DNA from: Mustelus asterias
Lineage: Eukaryota
Direction: 5' to 3'
Assembly (NCBI RefSeq): GCF_964213995.1
Contig: NW_027590141.1
Location: 1,302,001-1,366,000, forward strand
DNA length: 64,000 nucleotides
A program made the position numbers and the translations under genes. The notes under the pieces were generated by a model that was not told where the DNA came from, searched no databases, and saw only the letters and a list, made by a program, of their open reading frames with translations. Positions 12,939 through 25,482 of the stretch are shown here, one piece after another (positions within the stretch are counted from its first letter, which is position 1; each line of letters opens with the position of its first letter).

Positions 12939-15169
12939 TCACAGGGGTGTGATTCTGCTGTTATTGCTGCTGTTAATTACATCCCAACTAAATAATGTTT
13001 ATACTGATAGTTGGAGTTTATCTGATGTAAATCAGCCCTGTTGGACTTGTAGAATACCCCACAGCATCTCTCATTCATGTGTCAATAAATCTTCACGCCT
13101 GCAGACCTTGTTTTAAATTTAAATCACTCAGAAACTGTATTGAACTAAAGATGAATAATAAACAGATGACAGTCCAATCCACCCCTGTGTGAATGTGCCG
13201 ATGTATCAGCAGGCCGATGACTAAAGTCTGTTTTGTAACTTCAGGATAAGGATTTGAAAGCTCTGAATGTTGGCCCTCTCATATGTAGACTGGAGCTATT
13301 TGATAGGCAGGATGTTAATAGCTGTAAACTTGTCAGATGTCGAAAGAATTACTATTGGAGTAAACTCACCCATTTATAACCTCAGACTCTGGTCCCTATT
13401 GTAATGAATAAGTAACACAGTGGAATAGCGGGATAAATATGTGGGGCTACGGGGATAGGGCCTGGGTAAGATGCTCTGTTGGAGAGTCTGTGCAGACTCG
13501 ATGGGCCCTGTACCCTTGTGCATTTACCCTGCTAACCCCCCTAACCTACACATCTTTGGACGCAAACAGATAATTTAACATGGCCAATCCACCTAACCTG
13601 CACATCTTTGGACTGTAGGAGGAAACTGAAGTACCCAGAGGAAACTCAGACACAGGGAGAAGGTGCAAACTCCACACAGAAACCCAAGGCTGGATTCAAA
13701 CCCAGTGCTGTTAGGCAGCAGTGTTAACCACTGTTCCACCGTGCAGCCCTTCATCTGCTGCTGAAGCCCACATCCACACATTACCGTCAGACTTGACAAT
13801 TTCAACACATTTCTGACTGGTCTCCCATATTCTGTAATTTTGAGATAATCCAAAATGTCCCCATGTCTTGCAGACACTTCCTCCATCTTCACAACCCCCT
13901 CTTCTAATTCTGGGCCTCTGTGGAGCCCCTTTGCAATTCCTGCAGCATTGCTGGCCTGCGGACTAATGTCTGGTTCAATCCCCATTCCAGCTGAGGTCGG
14001 TGTCGGAGCTGTCTCCTCACCCTGCCCAAGAGTGGATGGTAACGGCAGCCTGCTACTGACACAAACTGCCAGGAAAACAGCTCTGGATGACACATCAGCA
14101 GACAATGAGCCAAGGAGCTGCCTATGGGATAAATTCTGCATTACTAGCTATGTGGTGGGTCATTGCTTATTTAGTCACTGCTATAAACAGCGGAATTTTC
14201 ACTTTGTAAACCTCAGCTTGAAGGAATAAAGTGAATAAATTGGGATATTCACTTTTACCATTATCCATCTGAAGCCAATGGACTCCTTTTTCCCCGTCCT
14301 GATGTGACACTGAATCTTCTTTGATTTGAAGAAGAAACTTAACCTTAGAGCACTGGGTGGTACAGTGGCCCAGTGGTTAGCACTGCTGCCTCACAGCACC
14401 AGGGGTTTGGATTCGATTCCCGGCTGGGTCACTGTGTGGAGTTTGCACATTTTCCACGTGTCTGTGTGGATTTGCTCCAGTTTCCTCCCACAGTTCAAAA
14501 GACAGGCTGGTTAGGTGCATTGGCCATGCTGAATTCTCCCTCAGTGTACCCGAACAGGTGCCGGAGTGTGGCAACAAAGTGATTTTCACAGTGACTTCAT
14601 TACAGTGTGAATGTAAACCTAGTTGTGACACATAAATAAACTTTACTATTGGCCTCAGTACCCGAGACCTGGCAGGATGGCAAGAATGGCCTGGGGCTCC
14701 AGTGAGGTGTACTGGAGGGGCTGGAGTGGGCAAGTGGTGACACTGGGAGGAGCAGCAGCTGGGAGGCATATAGCGACCCCTGGTGGACAGGAGGCGAAAC
14801 AGCAGCAGCACAGTCTGTGCAAAAGCTTCCCCAGTTCAGCTGGAGACTGGAGATCAGAGAGACTGGGAACCTCCTCAAATGTAAACTTCAGCTTTTCACA
14901 TTCTCCCCCATTCATCCCTCTCTCCCTCCATCCACCTCACACTCCCTCCCTTTCTCCATCCCTCCCTCTCACCATCCATCCCTCTCTCCCTCCTCCCATC
15001 CCTCCCTCCAATAAGAACCATTCACTGAGCACAGCAGTTTCAGCCTCATTCCCACAGTCTGTATTCCAGCCTTTATCACATCCACTCTGCTCCCAGATAC
15101 TTTACACCATTAGATATTACAATTCAAACTTTATAATCTCAACAATTTACTATTTGTTCTGGAAGATGA

Positions 15170-15497
15170 GGGCGGCATGGTGGCACAGTGGTTAGCACTA
15201 CTGCCTCACAGCGCCAGGGACCTGAGTTCAATTCCCGGCTTGGGTCACTGTCTGTGCAGAGTCTGCACATTCTCCCCGTGTCTGTGTGGGTTTCCTCCGG
15301 GTGCTCCGGTTTCCTTCCACAGTCCAAAGATGTGCTGCTTAGGTTGACTGGCCATGCAAAATTGACCTTAGTGTCAGGAGGATTAGCAGGTTAAATATGT
15401 GGAGTTACGGGGATAGGGCCTGGGTGGGATTGTGGTTGGTGCAGACTCGATGGGCTGAATGTCCTTCTTCTGCACTGTAAGATTCTACGTTTCTATG
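15170..15497 (+). mobile_element. HE1 SINE (V-SINE with CR1-derived tail)
   Basis: ggcggcatggtggcacagtggttagc...ttctgcactgtaagattctac. Further copies at 1-145(-), 13510-13745(-), 16045-16363(-), 42955-43277(-), 47885-48320(-), 51690-51993(+), 56805-57125(-), 61674-61997(+) and 63328-63637(-). Confidence 0.85.
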
Positions 15498-16360
15498 AGA
15501 TCACAAAATTCAAGTTAAAAGTTAAAGTTTATTTATTAGTCACAAGTAAGGCTTACATTAACACTGCAATTAACACTGTGAAATTCCCCTTGTCACCACA
15601 GTCTGGCAACTGTTCGGGTCAATGCACCTAAACAGTGCATTTTTCAGACCATGGGAGGAAACCAGAGCACCTGGGGGGAACCCACACAGACACGGGGAGA
15701 ACATGCAGACTCTGCACAGACAGTGACCCAAGCCGGGAATTAAATCAGGTCCCTGGCACTATGAGGCAGCAGTGCAGACAGACAGTCAAGAAATCATCAA
15801 TTCCACTCCCACCCGGAGCGATGGGGATATATTTATACATTATCTCATTTCACAATAAAACACACACACTGAGTTTCAGATTGGCTTCTGTTATTATTTT
15901 GGTGCCCAGCAGTTGGATTAGACTGAGACTGACATCAACCCGTGTGTGCGGGTGCGTGCGTGCGCGCATGCGCGTGCGTCCCGAAAGCCCGTGATACCAA
16001 ATAAACCTGTTGGATTTTAACCTGGTGTTGTGAGACTTCTAACTAGAATCATAGAATCCAACAGTGCAGAAGGAGGCCATTCGGCCCATTGAGTCTGCAC
16101 CGACCACAATCCTATCCAGGCCCCACCCCCTTAATGCCATGCATTTACCCTAGCTAATTCCCCCTGAAACTAAGGGGCAATTTAGTATGGCCAATCCACA
16201 TAACCCGCCCATCTTTGGACTGTGGGAGGAAACTGGAGCACCCGGAGGAAACACATGCAGACACGGGGAGAATGTGCAAACTCAACACAGACAGTGACCC
16301 AAAACTTGAATCGAACCCGGGTCCCTGGCGCTGTGAGGCAGCAGTGCTAACCACTATGCC

Positions 16361-16535
16361 ACAGAGCAGAAATCCAGGGGAACTGGATTAATTGTTGGAT
16401 TACACAGTGATATGTTACAGAGTAGAAATCCAGGAGAACTGGATTAATTGTTGGATTACACAGTGATATGTTACAGAGTAGAAATCCAGGAGAACTGGAT
16501 TAATTGTTGGATTACGCAGTGATACGTTACAGAGT
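16361..16535. repeat. Minisatellite, 56-bp unit x ~3.1
   Basis: Unit acagagtagaaatccaggagaactggattaattgttggattacacagtgatatgtt starts at 16361, 16417, 16473 and 16529. Confidence 0.92.
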
Positions 16536-16536
16536 C

Positions 16537-19500
16537 TTAAAATCTGAAATAAAACAGTCAATGCCACAAATAGTCAACAGGCCCAGCAGCTTCTATGAAG
16601 GCAGAAACAGAGTGAAACATACAGCCAAACATCCATATGAATGAGGAGCAGCAGTGGACCATTGGGCCCCTCTGCTGCAGCATTTGACAAGATCCCAACT
16701 GATCTGATTGTGGCCAGAACTCAATTTTTCTGTCTCCGCCCCCCCCCCCCCCCCCCCGTCCCCTCTCCCCTCCCCCCACCCCCAAATCCTCTGACTCTCT
16801 TGTCAATCAGGAATCCATTTATTCAGTCTTAAAAATATTCAATGACTCTGTCTACACTGCTCTCTGGCGAAGAGAATTCCACAGACCAAAGACCCCCTGA
16901 GAGAGAGAGAAAAATCTCGTTCTCTCTGTCCCTAACGTCTCAAGCGCTCCCCAGAGCCACACAGGGAAAATCAGGATAAAAGCAAATTACAGTGAATGCT
17001 GGAATCTGAAACCAAAAGAGAAAATGCTGGAAAATCTCAGCAGGTCTGGCAGCATCTGTCAGGAGAGAAAAGTGCTGACGTTTCGAGTCCAGATGACCCT
17101 TTGTCAAAGACTGACCTCTGAAGAATTGAGAGAGGGAGGTGGAGAAGAACAAAATGTAAGATCCGCAAACTGACAAAATGATTCATGGCCCAAGACCAAA
17201 GCGAGTGGTAATGGGACAAGTAAAGACACAAAAGATGTTCTGGATGAGGTGTGAATAGCCGGTGAGCGATAGTCTGAATGTAAAGTAAACAAGAGGGAAA
17301 TGAGGTGAAAAAAGCAGCAACGAAACACAGAACACAATGGGGGCAGAGATTGTGGTGTAAAATTGTTGAGCTCAGTTTTGTTCTGAAGGCTGTAAAGTGT
17401 CTCTTTCAGTTGCGAGAAATAATATTATATTTCCCAGTTCCGATGACAGGTCACATTCAGTCTGTTTCTCGCTCCACAGAGGCTGCCTGACTTGTTGAGT
17501 ATTTCCAGCCAAAAGAGAAAACGCTGGAAAATCTCAGCAGGTCTGGCAGCATCTGTAAGGAGACAAAAAGATCTGAGGTTTCGAGTCCAGGTGACCCTTT
17601 TGACGAAAGCAACAACTTGCTTTCATTCATGAGTATTTCCAGCATTTTCCGTTTTATGTCAAGCAGAGAATGTGTAAGAATTGTCACATCTGGAACAGAT
17701 GTCTCTTACACAGGACACCCCAGCTCGGGTCTTGGGGGATTAACCGGAGAAGCTTTTTAAACTGAGGAAAGTAACTGCATTTGGGCGCTGACTTTAAACA
17801 ACATTAACAAGCCCGGGCTGCTGGAGAAACATTTTGGGATTTGTGAGCAGTCAGTTCCGGCTGGTTTGAAGTGAAATCCTGTCGGTGCTGCGGCAAATCT
17901 GAACTCAAACCAGACAAACTGGAACCGCTGGGTTAGAGATTCCGGGTGTTGGGATGTGGAGGCTGGGGGAGGGGGAGATGGCGGTAAAACTCTGAGCCTG
18001 AGTTTCGAGCGGGATGTGAGCGGGGTAAAGGGGAGGAATGACAGAGTTAATGTGGGAGTCAGGGACAATAGCAGAAGGTGGGAAGCTCTGGAAAGGAGCA
18101 TTGAGGATAAAGGCCACCAAAGAATGCTTGTTTAAATGAAGATAAAAGCAAAATACTGCAGATGCTGGAATCTGAAACAGAAACAGAAAATGCTGGAAAT
18201 CTCAGCGTCTGTGGAGAGAATAGAGTTAATGCTTCCAGTCTGGATGATCACAGATGCTGTCAGACCTGCTGAGGTTTTCCAGCACTTTCTGTTTTTGATT
18301 AACTGAAGGTTCAGCTCAGCAGGGAAAGAAGCACCGAACTGAACACACTGAACCCAGGGAGAGGGGGTGACCGAGGATAAGGGACAGGCGCAGCTCAGTG
18401 AGGCTCTGCAACGTCCATCAACACATCCACATTCAGACCTTAGAGCGCCAAGGGGGAGGGGAAGGAGAAACTATTTGGGACACAGCAGGAGGTCACCCCT
18501 CCCCCCACTCTGGGGTTCCACATCCCTCCCACACCTGGGCAAGGTTGGCTCAAGGTGCAGGAAGCTGCAAGCTGAGAGGCTGAGCTGTGAACTGGGCCGG
18601 GTTGGGGGTTTGAGTGACAGTCCTGGGGCTATTTCAGGACAGGAACTGCCACAGATTCCCTCTTTTTCCTGGGACGTTTCAGTGGAGCTGTGTTGGTGAG
18701 TGTTTGTAATCTCTGTCTCACTGTCTCGGTAATGGGGGTGGGTTGTAGATTGCTGTGAGTGTTAGACTAAATAACCTCTCCTCATGCTGCCAGTTCCAGT
18801 CTGCAGATTCCATTTCTCAGTCCAGTCTGCTGCTCTGTCTCTCTGTACTTTGCTGCAGTGCTCCACATTCTGAGCAACATCCAGCCCATTGTTATCACCC
18901 CAAATTTGCGGCAAACTCTCTTCACTGTGGCACAGTGGTTCACACTGCTGCCTCACTGAGTCAGGGTTCGACTCCAGCCGTGGGTGTGTGACTGTCTGTG
19001 TGGAGTTTGCACAGTAAGGGTACAGAATAAAATTTTTGCGGTTGCAGGCAGGATGAAGAAAAAGGTCAGGATGGGGATTAGCAGAGTAAGTGCGTGGGGT
19101 TACTGGGATAGGAGGTGAGCCTGGGAAAGATGCTCTCAGAGTCAGCAGAGACTCGATGGGTAAAATGGCCTCTTTCTGCACTGGAAGGATTCTGTGATTA
19201 GTGAATTACGGTGAACAACTTTTGAATGGAGGGATTTCTGAGGCGCAGAGCATTGTGGGAAATGTGACCGCCATTAGTCAATGCCTGACTCTAGATGTTT
19301 CATTATAGACTGAGGGCAAGTCAGCAAACTGAGCCCTCAATTCTGTTTGTGACTCTGACAGGTTGCCTGGCCTGTTGAATATCTCGAGGATTTGTTCTTT
19401 TTGTCCCAGATACAGTCTCTACAGAGTTTCCTGTGTTATTGTTTTATAGCTTCGAATTTGGAAACACAGTTAGGAGCCGGTTTGAATCAGGCTGCGTGTT

Positions 19501-20877
19501 GGATGCAGAACTCAGTTCCTGGCCTCCTGCGTGTTTTTTTTTACTGTTGCTTCGGTCTGGACTCTGTTCATCATCTGTCTCTATAGGTTCTCTCTCAATC
19601 CCCTTTTTTCTGTTTTAAATCAGTTTCACAGGGACTAGAAGGGGACGATTTGCAGTCAGGAAACTGAAAGTAAATATCATATCAGGAACTGCCATCATAA
19701 CTGAATATCAGTGGATTTTGAACATGGAAGGAAAAAGCACCGTTCACAGTGGAGAGAAACCGTACACGGGTTCTGTGTGTGGACGAGGCTTCAGCCGATC
19801 CTCTGGTCTGGCAAAACATAAGTGCAGCCACTCCATGGAAAAACTGTGGAAATGTGTGGACTGTGGGAAGGAATTTAATTACCCATCCCAGCTGGAAACT
19901 CATCGGCGCAGTCACACTGGGGAGAGACCGTTCACCTGCTCTGAGTGTGGGAAGAGATTCACTCAGTCATCCAACCTACTTACTCATCAGCGAGTTCACA
20001 CTGATGAGAGACCTTTTAAATGCTCAGACTGTGGGAAGTGCTTCAAAAGTTCTTGGGAACTGATGTCCCATCAACGTGTTCACACTGATGAGAGACCTTT
20101 TAAATGCTCAGACTGTGGGAAGTGCTTCAAAAGTTCTTGGGGACTGATGTCCCATCAACGTGTTCACACTGATGAGAGACCGTTCAGGTGCTCTCACTGT
20201 GGAATTGGGTTCCAGCATTCACATAACCTTACTGTACACCAGCGAATTCACACTGGGGAGAGGCCATTCACCTGCTCCGAGTGTGGAAAAGGATTCACTC
20301 GGTCATCCCAACTATTGATACACCAGCGTATTCACAATGGGGAGAGACCTTTTAAATGCTCTGACTGTGTGAAGTGCTATAAAAGTTCTGGTGAACTGAT
20401 GTCCCATCAACGTGTTCACACTGATGAGAGACCGTTCAGGTGCTCTCACTGTGGGACTGGGTTCAGGCGATCATATGATCTCATTCTACACCAGCGCACC
20501 CACACTGGGGAAAGGCCATTCACCTGCTCTGAATATGGGAAGGGATTCATTCAGTCCTCCAGTCTGCTGAGACACAAGCGAGCTCATGCTGGGGAGAGAC
20601 CATTCAGCTGCTCTGAGAGTGGGAAGAGATTCACTCAGTCATCCTACCTGCTTAGACACCAAAGAATTCACCAGTAACCACAGTGATTGGAATCTGCTGT
20701 TAATCCTATCCAGGACTGTAATATGTTCATTGCGTTTGTTTTTGTTGATGTTAATGAACTCCAGCCAGTTATACGGTTTAATATTCTGAATAAAAGTCAA
20801 ATCAATTATCTTTGTGTTCAGTACTGTGAATCTTTTTAATATCATCAGCACAACTGAATTCCTTCTGAGTTGCTCTC
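16537..20877 (+). repeat. Segmental duplication unit A (inverted partner at ~28058-36685)
   Basis: Collinear reverse-complement identity, e.g. 17757-18100 vs 34940-35260, 18300-18700 vs 32330-33260, and ZNF-B vs ZNF-D with their 3' flanks. Confidence 0.9.
19724..20677 (+). CDS. C2H2 zinc-finger protein (ZNF-B), 11 units (8 intact, 3 lacking a Cys)
   Basis: Open array. Finger 1 YTGSVC and the last two (CSEYG, CSESG) are degenerate. There is an 84-bp tandem finger duplication (KSSWEL/KSSWGL). Confidence 0.85.
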   Translation: MEGKSTVHSGEKPYTGSVCGRGFSRSSGLAKHKCSHSMEKLWKCVDCGKEFNYPSQLETHRRSHTGERPFTCSECGKRFTQSSNLLTHQRVHTDERPFKCSDCGKCFKSSWELMSHQRVHTDERPFKCSDCGKCFKSSWGLMSHQRVHTDERPFRCSHCGIGFQHSHNLTVHQRIHTGERPFTCSECGKGFTRSSQLLIHQRIHNGERPFKCSDCVKCYKSSGELMSHQRVHTDERPFRCSHCGTGFRRSYDLILHQRTHTGERPFTCSEYGKGFIQSSSLLRHKRAHAGERPFSCSESGKRFTQSSYLLRHQRIHQ

Positions 20878-21594
20878 CCTTTGTCCCTCTTCCAGCTTCA
20901 CTTCCCCACAAGTGCTCATTGGGAATAAAACTCACAATCTTCTTTGTCACTAAGTTTGAGACAATCCAATCAGCTCCCTCTACTGCTTCCCTCCTACCCC
21001 TAACCCACTGGAACAAACCTCCTCTAACGCTGCCCTTTGTCTGAGCTCTGAACTCTCATCTTTCTGCAGTTTCTCTCCTGCCTCCCCTCATGTCCTCTTA
21101 GCGCTCATCTTGCCCATGAGACCCATCTCTTGATCCCTCAATCCTATTCCCACTGTCCTACTGACAGCACAACTTCTCCATATCAGCTGATATTGTCAAT
21201 ATCTTCCTCTCCTTCAAATCCGATATCATCACCCACTTCTCAATAAAATATCTTTGACACATGCCCTTGTAAACTACCATCCCATCTCCCTTTCCTCTCT
21301 AAAGCCCTTGAATGTTTTACCTTCCACATATTGTAACTTGTTTTCCCTTTCTCACTGTGTGTAGTAAAGTTTAATTTGTTTGTGCAGAATCTGTGGAATC
21401 TTTTGCCTTTATTCACTTGTTAAGTGTTTGAATCTCCACCTTTGTCAATTTTATACAAACTCACCCAAATCTAAAAACTATTTTGTGGGAATTGGGGGAA
21501 TAGAACAGAAGATGGGTTTCTGCTGCTAAGTTACAATCTCAGCTGATGTTACTTCTGGGCAGGAAGGTCCCAGAATAAAACCCTGGCTCAATTG

Positions 21595-21665
21595 ACCGTA
21601 ACTTTCCCCACGATCCCCACCTTCTTGGTGCGTTTGGCCATCTTCCCGGATGGAGCAGAGAGGGC
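21595..21665 (-). pseudogene. RPL37A: 5' fragment of ribosomal protein L37a mRNA
   Basis: Minus strand: pyrimidine-rich leader, then ATG at 21641 encoding MAKRTKKVGIVGK, followed by TAC GGT (YG) after a 2-nt shift. This matches the eL43/RPL37A N-terminus. Confidence 0.85.
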
Positions 21666-22084
21666 GGACATGAAAATACTGACAATAACACAAGATTCCT
21701 TCATTCCACACAATCACAGTGGCGAAGTGAGGTAAATGGCCTCTGCCTGGGAGATCACTGAATCCTCAGGCTACTGAAGGGTAATTTTCAAACATAGAAA
21801 CGTTGGAGGATTGTGCTGCTGGATTTTTCTTGTTCCTATTTTTTTCATATTAACGCAGACGAATCTATTTAGAGAATTGAAACTTGCCTCAGAAATAGCA
21901 ACAGGCGAACTCGAAGACAAACACATTCACAGAAATGCACTCTCAGACAGACACAGGCAAACTCGCACACACAGACATGCAGACAAAAAAACACTCTGAC
22001 TTCACAAATACACACACACTCACAACACAGAGACAGGCTGAGACCAATTTCAGTCCAAATAATCTGCTGGGCACTAAAATAATG

Positions 22085-23344
22085 TGAGAAGTCTCACAAC
22101 ACCAGGTTAAATTCCAACAGGTTTATTTGGTAGCACAAGCTACTAGCTTTCGGAGCGCTGCTCCTTCATCAGGTGACTGGGAGTTCTGTTCACAAACAGG
22201 GCATATAAAGACACAAACTCAATTTACAAAATAATTTACATAATTTACATAATCCTGTTCATAAGAGCAGGATATGGTGCTCGACTCAACGATCGACAGT
22301 TCTGACGCGCCACAGCGAAAAACCGCACCCACCTCCTCAGAAGACAAACACGGGACATTGTGGAAAGAGTACCCTTCATCGTCCAGTACTTCTCTGGAGC
22401 AGAGAAGCTACGACATCGTATCCGGAGCCTTCAACATGTCATTGATGAAGACGAACATCTCGCCAAGGCCATCCGCACACCCTCATTTCTTGCCTTCAAA
22501 CAACCGCACAATCTCAAACAGACCATTGTCCGCAGCAAACTACCCAGCCTTCAGGAGAACAGTGACCACGACACCACACAACCCTGCCACAGCAACCTCT
22601 GCACAACGTGCCGGATCATCGACACGGATGCCATCATCTCACGTGAGAACACCATCCACCAGGTGCACGATACATACACTTGCAACTCGGCCAACATTGT
22701 CTACCTGATACGCTGCAGGGAAGGATGTCCCGAGGCATGGTACATTGGGGAAACCATGCAGACGCTACAACAATGGATGAATGAACACCGCTTGACAATC
22801 ACCAGGCAAGAGTTTTCTGTTCCTGTTGGGGAGCACTTCAGCGGTCACGGGCATTCGGCCTCTGATCTTTGGGTAAGCGTTCTCCAAGGTGGCCTTCAAG
22901 ACACACGGCAGTGCAGAGTCGCTGAGCAGAGACTGATAGCCAAGTTCCGCACACATGAGGATGGCCTCAACTGGGATCTTGGGTTCATGTCACACTATCC
23001 GTGACCCCCACGACTTGCCTGGGCTTGTAAAATCTCGCTAACTGTTCTGTCTGGAGACAATACACATCTCTTTAACCTGTGCTTAACCCTCTCTCCACTC
23101 ACATTGTCTGTACCTTTAAGACTTGATTACCTGTAAAGACTCGCATTCCAACCATTATTTTGTAAATTGAGTTTGTGTCTTTATATGCCCTCTTTGTGAA
23201 CAGAATTCCCACTCACCTGATGAAGGGGCAGTGCTCCGAAAGCAAATGGCTTTTGCTACCAAATAAACCTGTTGGACTTTAACCTGGTGTTGTGAGACTT
23301 CTTACTGTGTTTACCCCAGTCCAACACCGGCATCTCCACATCAT
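22085..23344 (+). mobile_element. 5'-truncated Penelope-like (Neptune-type) element with inverted 5' pLTR and 13-bp TSD
   Basis: ORF 22360-23004 has a Cys-rich linker (PCHSNLCTTC) and a GIY-YIG endonuclease (VYLIRC...WYIGET...EH...EHF). Inverted pLTR at 22085-22240. TSD cactaaaataatg at 22072-22084 and 23345-23357. Confidence 0.9.
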
Positions 23345-23869
23345 CACTAAAATAATGACAGAAGCAAATTTGAAACTCAGTGCGTGGGTTTTATTGTGAA
23401 ATGAGAAAATGTATAAATATATCCTCTCGCTCGGGTTGGTTTGGAATTGATGATTTCTCTGCTGTCTATAAGGTTACTGAACAAATATTAAATTGTAGAG
23501 ACTGTGAAGTTTGAATTGTAATATCTATTGGTCTAAAATATCTGGGAGCAGCGTGGATGTGATGAAGGCTGGAATACAGACTGGGGGAATGAGGGTGAAA
23601 CTGCTGTGCAGAGTGAATGGTTCTTGGTGTCGGGAAGGATGGATGGAGAGAGGGAGGGATGGTGAGATGGATGGAAGGAGGGGTGGATGGAGGGAGAGGG
23701 ATGGATGGAGAGAGGGAGGGATGGTGAGATGGATGGAGGAAGGGATGGATAGGTGAATGTGAGAAGCTGAAGTTTACATTTGAAGAGGTTCTCAGAGTCT
23801 TTGAGCAGCTGAACTGCGGAAGCCTTCGTGCAGAGACTGTGCTGCTGCTGTTTCCCCTCCAGTCCACCA

Positions 23870-24110
23870 GGGTTCGCTGTAACCCTCTCGGCTGCTGCTC
23901 TCGCTGGTGTCACCTCTTGCCTGCTCCGGCCCGGCCGCTGTTCCTTGGCGGATGGGAGATCGGAGAGGAATTGGAGAAAGAGGTGGAACAGTAGGGCGCA
24001 TGCGTAGCCGCCATGTTTGTGAGGGGCAATGTTTTGAAATTCTTCCCAGTGACAGAATTTGAACATCTTGTCCATCAAACTGCTTCACTCTTTCACTTCC
24101 AATTTCTTAC
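23870..24110 (+). promoter_or_regulatory. CpG-rich NRF1/YY1-type module upstream of ZNF-C
   Basis: gggcgcatgcgtagccgccatgttt. The downstream sequence is homologous to 54320-54450. Confidence 0.5.
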
Positions 24111-24780
24111 TGATGAGCAGAACAACAAAATCAGGGCAGCGAAGATAATTTGTATTCATACTGTGTCTTTAACAAAATAAAATAGTCCCAGACATTTCAC
24201 AAAATTGTTCCAGTTCTTTGAAAAAGGGTAGCACAGTGGTTAGCACTGCTGCCTCACAGCTCCAGTGACCCAGGTTCAACTCGAGCCTCGGGTGACTGTG
24301 TCTCCCCGTGTCTGTGAGGGTTTTCATCTGGGTGCTCCTGTTTCCTCTCACAGTCCAATGACGTACAGGCTTGGTGGATTGGCCATGATAAATTGCCCCT
24401 TAGTGCCCCAAGATGTGTAGGTTCGGGGAAGTAACAGGATATGTGGGGCTCCGGGGATAGGACCTGGGTGCAGAGTCCAGACAAGTTGGCAGGTTTCTTT
24501 CCCTGAAGGACCATGAGTGAATCAATTGAATCCAGCAGTTTTCATGGTCACATTTTCCTGGTGCCGGCCCCACAAATGACCAGATTCATTCAGCTCAATT
24601 TCACAACCTGTCTTTGTGCTTTTGTGGGTTCTCTCTCACTCCCTTTTTTCTGTTTTAAATCAATTTCACAGGATTTTAGAAGGGGACGATTTGCAGTTGG
24701 GAAACTGAAACCAAACATCACATCAGGGAATGATACAGTCGGCTAATTTATCGTAACCTGAATATTGTCATATTTTAAAC

Positions 24781-25482
24781 ATGGAAGAAAAAAGCACCGT
24801 TCACAGCGGAGAGAAACCCTACTCGTGTTCTGTGTGTGGTCAGGGATTCAATCGATCATCTGACCTGTCAAAACATAAATGCAGTTATGATGGGGACAAG
24901 CTGTGGAAATGTGAGGACTGTGGGAAGGGATTCAATTACCCATCCCAGCTGGAAACTCATCAGCGTGGTCACACCAGGGAGAGGCCGTTCACCTGCTCGG
25001 ACTGCGGGAAAGGATTCATTAAGTCATCCACCCTGCTGACACACCAGCGCACACACACTGGGCAGAGGCCATTCACCTGCTCTATGTGTGGGATGGGATT
25101 CACTCAGTCACCCACGCTGCTAACACACCAGCAAATTCACACTGGGGAGAGGCCATTCACCTGCTCTGACTGTGGGCAGGGATTCACTCACCAATCCACC
25201 CTGCTGACACACCAGCGAGTTCACACTGGACAGAGACCATTCACTTGCTCTAGGTGTGGGAAGAGATTCACTCAATCATCAGCACTGCTCAGACACCAGC
25301 GAGTTCACACTGGGGAGAGACTGTTCATCTGCAATGATTGTGGGAAGAGATTCACTCAGTCATCCAACCTGCTGACACACCAGCGAGTTCACACTGGGAA
25401 GAAACCATTCACGTGTTCTGAGTGTGGGATGGGATTTACTCAGACATCCAACCTGCTGAGACACCAGCAAATTCACAATTAA
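24781..25482 (+). CDS. C2H2 zinc-finger protein (ZNF-C), 8 units
   Basis: [14 protein letters not shown]... Finger 1 lacks its last His and seven fingers are intact. Acceptor ttcacag at ~24670. Confidence 0.88.
   Translation: MEEKSTVHSGEKPYSCSVCGQGFNRSSDLSKHKCSYDGDKLWKCEDCGKGFNYPSQLETHQRGHTRERPFTCSDCGKGFIKSSTLLTHQRTHTGQRPFTCSMCGMGFTQSPTLLTHQQIHTGERPFTCSDCGQGFTHQSTLLTHQRVHTGQRPFTCSRCGKRFTQSSALLRHQRVHTGERLFICNDCGKRFTQSSNLLTHQRVHTGKKPFTCSECGMGFTQTSNLLRHQQIHN

Noticed and set aside
13745-14141. 182-aa minus-strand ORF
   Set aside because: No recognisable domain, and the C-terminus runs into a SINE.
15170-15245. tRNA genes at SINE heads
   Set aside because: A/B boxes continue into SINE bodies, so these are tRNA-derived heads rather than genes.
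16361-16535. CRISPR-like array
   Set aside because: Contiguous 56-bp tandem units with no unique spacers, in a eukaryotic context.
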